Assembly: GCA_964016885.1 (NCBI GenBank)
Contig: OZ024741.1
Span: 149,110,001 to 149,174,000, forward strand
Direction: 5' to 3'
DNA from: Eledone cirrhosa
Taxonomy: Eukaryota
Length of the DNA: 64,000 bases
Below the pieces are notes generated by a model. It was not told the origin of the DNA and did no database searches. It saw only the letters and a program-made list of their open reading frames with translations. Shown piece after piece: positions 56,571 to 64,000 of the stretch. Both the position numbers and the translations under genes were made by a program. Numbering within the stretch: position 1 is the stretch's first letter; each line of letters opens with the position of its first letter.

Positions 56571-58499
56571 TTTCTATATACATATATATACATATATCTT
56601 TTAATTTGAGTTATTGATGTCCATTGAGCTTTTCTACTGAGAAACACAAGTATCATAGATAATATATATGTTGTGATACCTTAAATTAATAAATGTATAT
56701 ATACATATGGTGTCGAAATATACGTACATACACACATACGTGTGCGTAAACCTTGTATAAGCAAATAAATCAGGACACGCTCAGTGTTGTAGTCAGTGCT
56801 CTGTGACTCACCTTGCCTGCGTACCAACAGGTAAAGCTTTGTCTTTTGTAACTAACTACAAGTTTCTCTTTATCTAGCTGGCACCTGTCTCTCCTTCTTT
56901 CTCGCAGCTTTTCACCATTCTTACTACTTCTATCGCGTGATCAGTATATTCGGTATAAGTTTTATGGAAGAACTATTCCATAGATTGCGAATGTTACACT
57001 GAAATTTGTCGCCTTCTTCCACATCGTCATGTTTACTTAGCTGTCTGTCTGCCTGCTTATCTATCAATCTATTTAGATAGATAAATAAATAGAAAGAGAA
57101 GGTGAAAGAAGGAGAAAGTGTCACGGTATGGACATAACAGTACCGTCGACAATAAATACCTCAACTATATCAAACTATTTTATTTACAGTTTCCATGACC
57201 TCAACTTATCAAACAGAACGGCTAAATCCAGCAAAAACATACGTTGGCAAGGTGCGTGGCCTAATGGTTAGGATGTTGGGCTCGTGATCATAAGGCTATG
57301 TGCCTCATTCCTAGACTGGTCATCAAGTTGTGTTATTGAGCCAACACTTCATTGCTCAATGGTCTGGTCACTGTTGAGTAGAGTGTAGGCGAGAGAAGCT
57401 AGGTGTGTCTGATACAGTGGCCGAATGATAGTGTATGATAATGCAAAAGGAACTCTATTGAAAAGAGTATCAAATTACTGCTACACATCCATCTGGGAAA
57501 AAATGAAAAGCACCAGATTATTGGTGTCCCCTCCTGGTGGGAGCCTTGTACTTTCAGTCACTTATCGCTTATGAAACTGGGATAAGCTAGTTCTGGCTTG
57601 GTTAGTTAATGGGCTTGGGCCTGGATTAACTTCTTACGCATTTTTTAAATGCTGGTTTTGTCTAGAGCAAAGATCGGAGAACAGTGGTGAATTCCTCCAA
57701 ACCTATTCTCCGATTAGTGCCGAGTTTAGACATAAGCTAAAGAAGCAACAGCTTAAGCTTTCACAATCCATCGGGGCCTCAACATAATTTTAAGACGTGT
57801 ATATTTTCAATTTTAATGAGAGCTTCTGGTATGATTTAAAGTCTCGCTGAATTTTAACCGGGCACTGTTTCCGATTAAAAGAGGATATCAATTCTATGAT
57901 ACCCAGTGCCGGATTAAAACTTGGTGAAACCCTAAGCTACATAAAACTTGAAAACCTCTCGTTAAAAAAAAAATCATATAAGAAAATATCACAAACAATG
58001 AAAACGTCTTTTAAACCTTATGAATTCGCGAAGGGCTCGCACACTGTATATATAGCTTTTGGTTATTTTGGCCCTACGCACGTGCTTATTTTGATTAATC
58101 GGTTAACCCAAAGCTGATGAAACGTTTTGAAAAGTAAAATTCTTTTTCCCTTTATTCAAGGTAAATGTGACAGGTCAACAATGGATATAAAAAAAACAAT
58201 CGCTTTTCAAAAGTAAACTGTCAAACAATATATATTTCCTTCATAAACCTAAAAGCGGAAATTCATTAGATTACTTCGCATAATTGGTGTAATAACTTGA
58301 AAATATAAAACACCCAGCTTGTCTAGAGTTGCAAATAAAATATTTCGTTTCACATCATATTTTTGAAAAGCCTTTGTCAACTCTGACATTAATCAAAACC
58401 AAATATTCAGATAAGTTATTTTATTTTTAGTTTTGTGGTTTTGATATAGTCATAAAGGTATGTATGGACCAGTAACTCTAAGTGGAGTTGTAGAAGCGC

Positions 58500-62028
<3,529 letters not shown>

Positions 62029-62042
62029 TATATATATGTATG

Positions 62043-62101
<59 letters not shown>

Positions 62102-62293
62102 CAAAATGAGCCAGCGTTGTAGTTTTAACTCCCGGTTATATGAAACGCATAGACGTTGCAAGGACCTACTTCCACCGACTCGGAAACGAAGAACGGCCCG
62201 ATTACTGCCGAGAAAGTAAACGGGAATTGTTGAGTTAGGAAGAGTAAGTCAGGCGAGCGCTGACGAACAAGAAAACTAGTATTACTGAGCAAA

Positions 62294-62330
62294 ATGGCGA
62301 GACATGATATGTGTGCTTTGGAGCGTGGAG
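62294..62330 (+). CDS. Possible first coding exon of an unidentified gene (MARHDMCALERG + G)
   Basis: CpG-enriched unique sequence at 62100-62340, caaaATGGCG start context and a G|gtgaga donor. No downstream exon identified. Confidence 0.4.
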
Positions 62331-62364
62331 GTGAGACATAAGACAAGAATAACAAAGAAATAAG

Positions 62365-62653
62365 TTGGGTATTGTTGGATAATTGTTAAGACTATTATTT
62401 AGTCGGGTATGTTGGGTAAATGATAAGGTTAAACTATTGTTTAATTGGGTAAGTGTTAAGACTATTGTTTAGTTGGATACTGTTGGGTAAGTGTTAAGAC
62501 TATTATTTAGTTGGATATAGTTGGGTAAGTGTTAAGACTATTATTTAGTTGGGTAAATGTTAGGACTATGACTTAGTTGGGCACTTTTGGGTAAGAGTTA
62601 AGTCAATGACTTAGCTGGATACTGTTGGGTAAGAGTTAAGGCTATTGTTTAAT
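62365..62653. repeat. Degenerate minisatellite (gttgggtaagtgttaagactattattta...)
   Basis: About 8 units of 29-39 bp. Confidence 0.8.
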
Positions 62654-63720
62654 TTCCGTTCACATTTCGAACGATTTCATTTTAGTAACGTCTCCAGTGC
62701 TCTTGGGAAACATCTATATATGTTAATATGCGGTTTCTTTTATCATTAGACAATTGCAGGAAAGACGAAATGATTATATGTTAATCACATATTAATCTTC
62801 AGGCGTCATTTTCGCCATAAAAAAAACCTACAAAAACTGTTGAATTTTCGTCGCCCCGCGATTCTTGTTCGATGAAATTGTTTTAGTTTTAACGCACAGT
62901 CTTGGATCATGTCACTTGTCAGACAAGTACAACTCGGAAACTTAATCCTTCATTGCCCCAATCCACCTACTGGGCTTGGCTAGGAAAATTACCGTTGATA
63001 GGATACCTTCCTGTCCCAGTGAACATTTAATTTTACAGAATCTGGAATTTAAGCAATAGCTGTATAAATATTTGATTCGCGAAAGAATTGACTCTCTTTT
63101 GTTTATCTTAAATTATATGAATTTGAATTTCTTAATATTTTATTAGACAAAACTGCTAAAGTACATTTGAACTATCGATGATGCGTAAGTCGATAGCTTG
63201 TACATATCCTTTATAAGTTTCTCTGTTGATGCACCATAGCCGAATGGCTAAGAGGTTCACTTCACAATCATTAAGTTCAGAGTTCGATCCCACTGCAGGG
63301 CACCTCGGACAAGTATCATTTACCATAGCTTTGGGTTGACACATGGGAGTGAAATTAGGTAGACAGAAACTGTTTTGAACCTCGTTGGATGAACTGTATC
63401 TGTAATCGAAAAGGTCAACCTTGTCACACACTTTGTCGGGTTGAATCTCCCTGAGAATTACATTAAGGGTATACGTGCCTGGAGAATGCTCAGCCACTAA
63501 GACATTTATTTCATGAGCAGACTGCTCCGTAGACCAAACAACTGGAACAGTCATCGTCGAAACCAACGGAGGTCGTTCGATCAATCTTGTAAGTTGCTCT
63601 TCTATTCTATGTTTACTTATTTCTGAAGCCAAGAGAATCAATCTCATCCAGTTGACAAATGTAGTTAAAATACACAGTTTTGAGCTGTTCAAATTGTTTA
63701 TCGTGTAAAATACCAGTCAG

Positions 63721-63775
<55 letters not shown>

Positions 63776-63923
63776 CGCACACTCTCTCTCTCTCTCTCTC
63801 TCTCTCATTCTCTCTCAAACGCACACTCATCTTTATCTCTCTCTGTTTCTCACTCTCTCTTTGTGGCTATGTAACATGTAAAATACCAAAATACCATTCG
63901 GATAGTCTCCCCCCCTCTCTCTC

Positions 63924-63969
<46 letters not shown>

Positions 63970-64000
63970 TCACACACTCTCTCCCTCTCCCACACATACT

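Noticed and set aside
63156-63692. 178-aa minus-strand ORF
   Set aside because: Antisense to a SINE, with no recognisable domain.

Overview
AT-rich, microsatellite-dense animal genomic DNA; the SINE and repeat content suggests a cephalopod or octopus (inference). Host-gene content is two minus-strand coding exons of a divergent Rab11-family GTPase (34039-34075, 20709-20820; the rest lies left of the window) and a possible first exon of another gene at 62294-62330. The remainder is a nested mosaic of mobile elements, many inserted in (TA)n tracts. These are Penelope-like elements (RT + GIY-YIG) with inverted ends, two RTE-clade LINE families, a Tx1/L1 LINE, a non-autonomous LTR element with a tRNA-Trp PBS, a decayed Helitron, Tc1/mariner remnants, MITEs, SINEs and minisatellites. 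Reading by eye gives about 10 type I hammerhead ribozyme motifs. Highlights: (1) a Penelope terminal-repeat copy with a dense, strand-specific A-to-G cluster resembling ADAR hyper-editing fixed by retrotransposition, which hits its ribozyme core; (2) a PHD finger inserted within an RTE reverse transcriptase; (3) non-canonical hammerhead variants and fold-back breakpoints at ribozymes; (4) twin-priming and template-jump footprints. All structures were derived by hand; no searches or folding programs were run.
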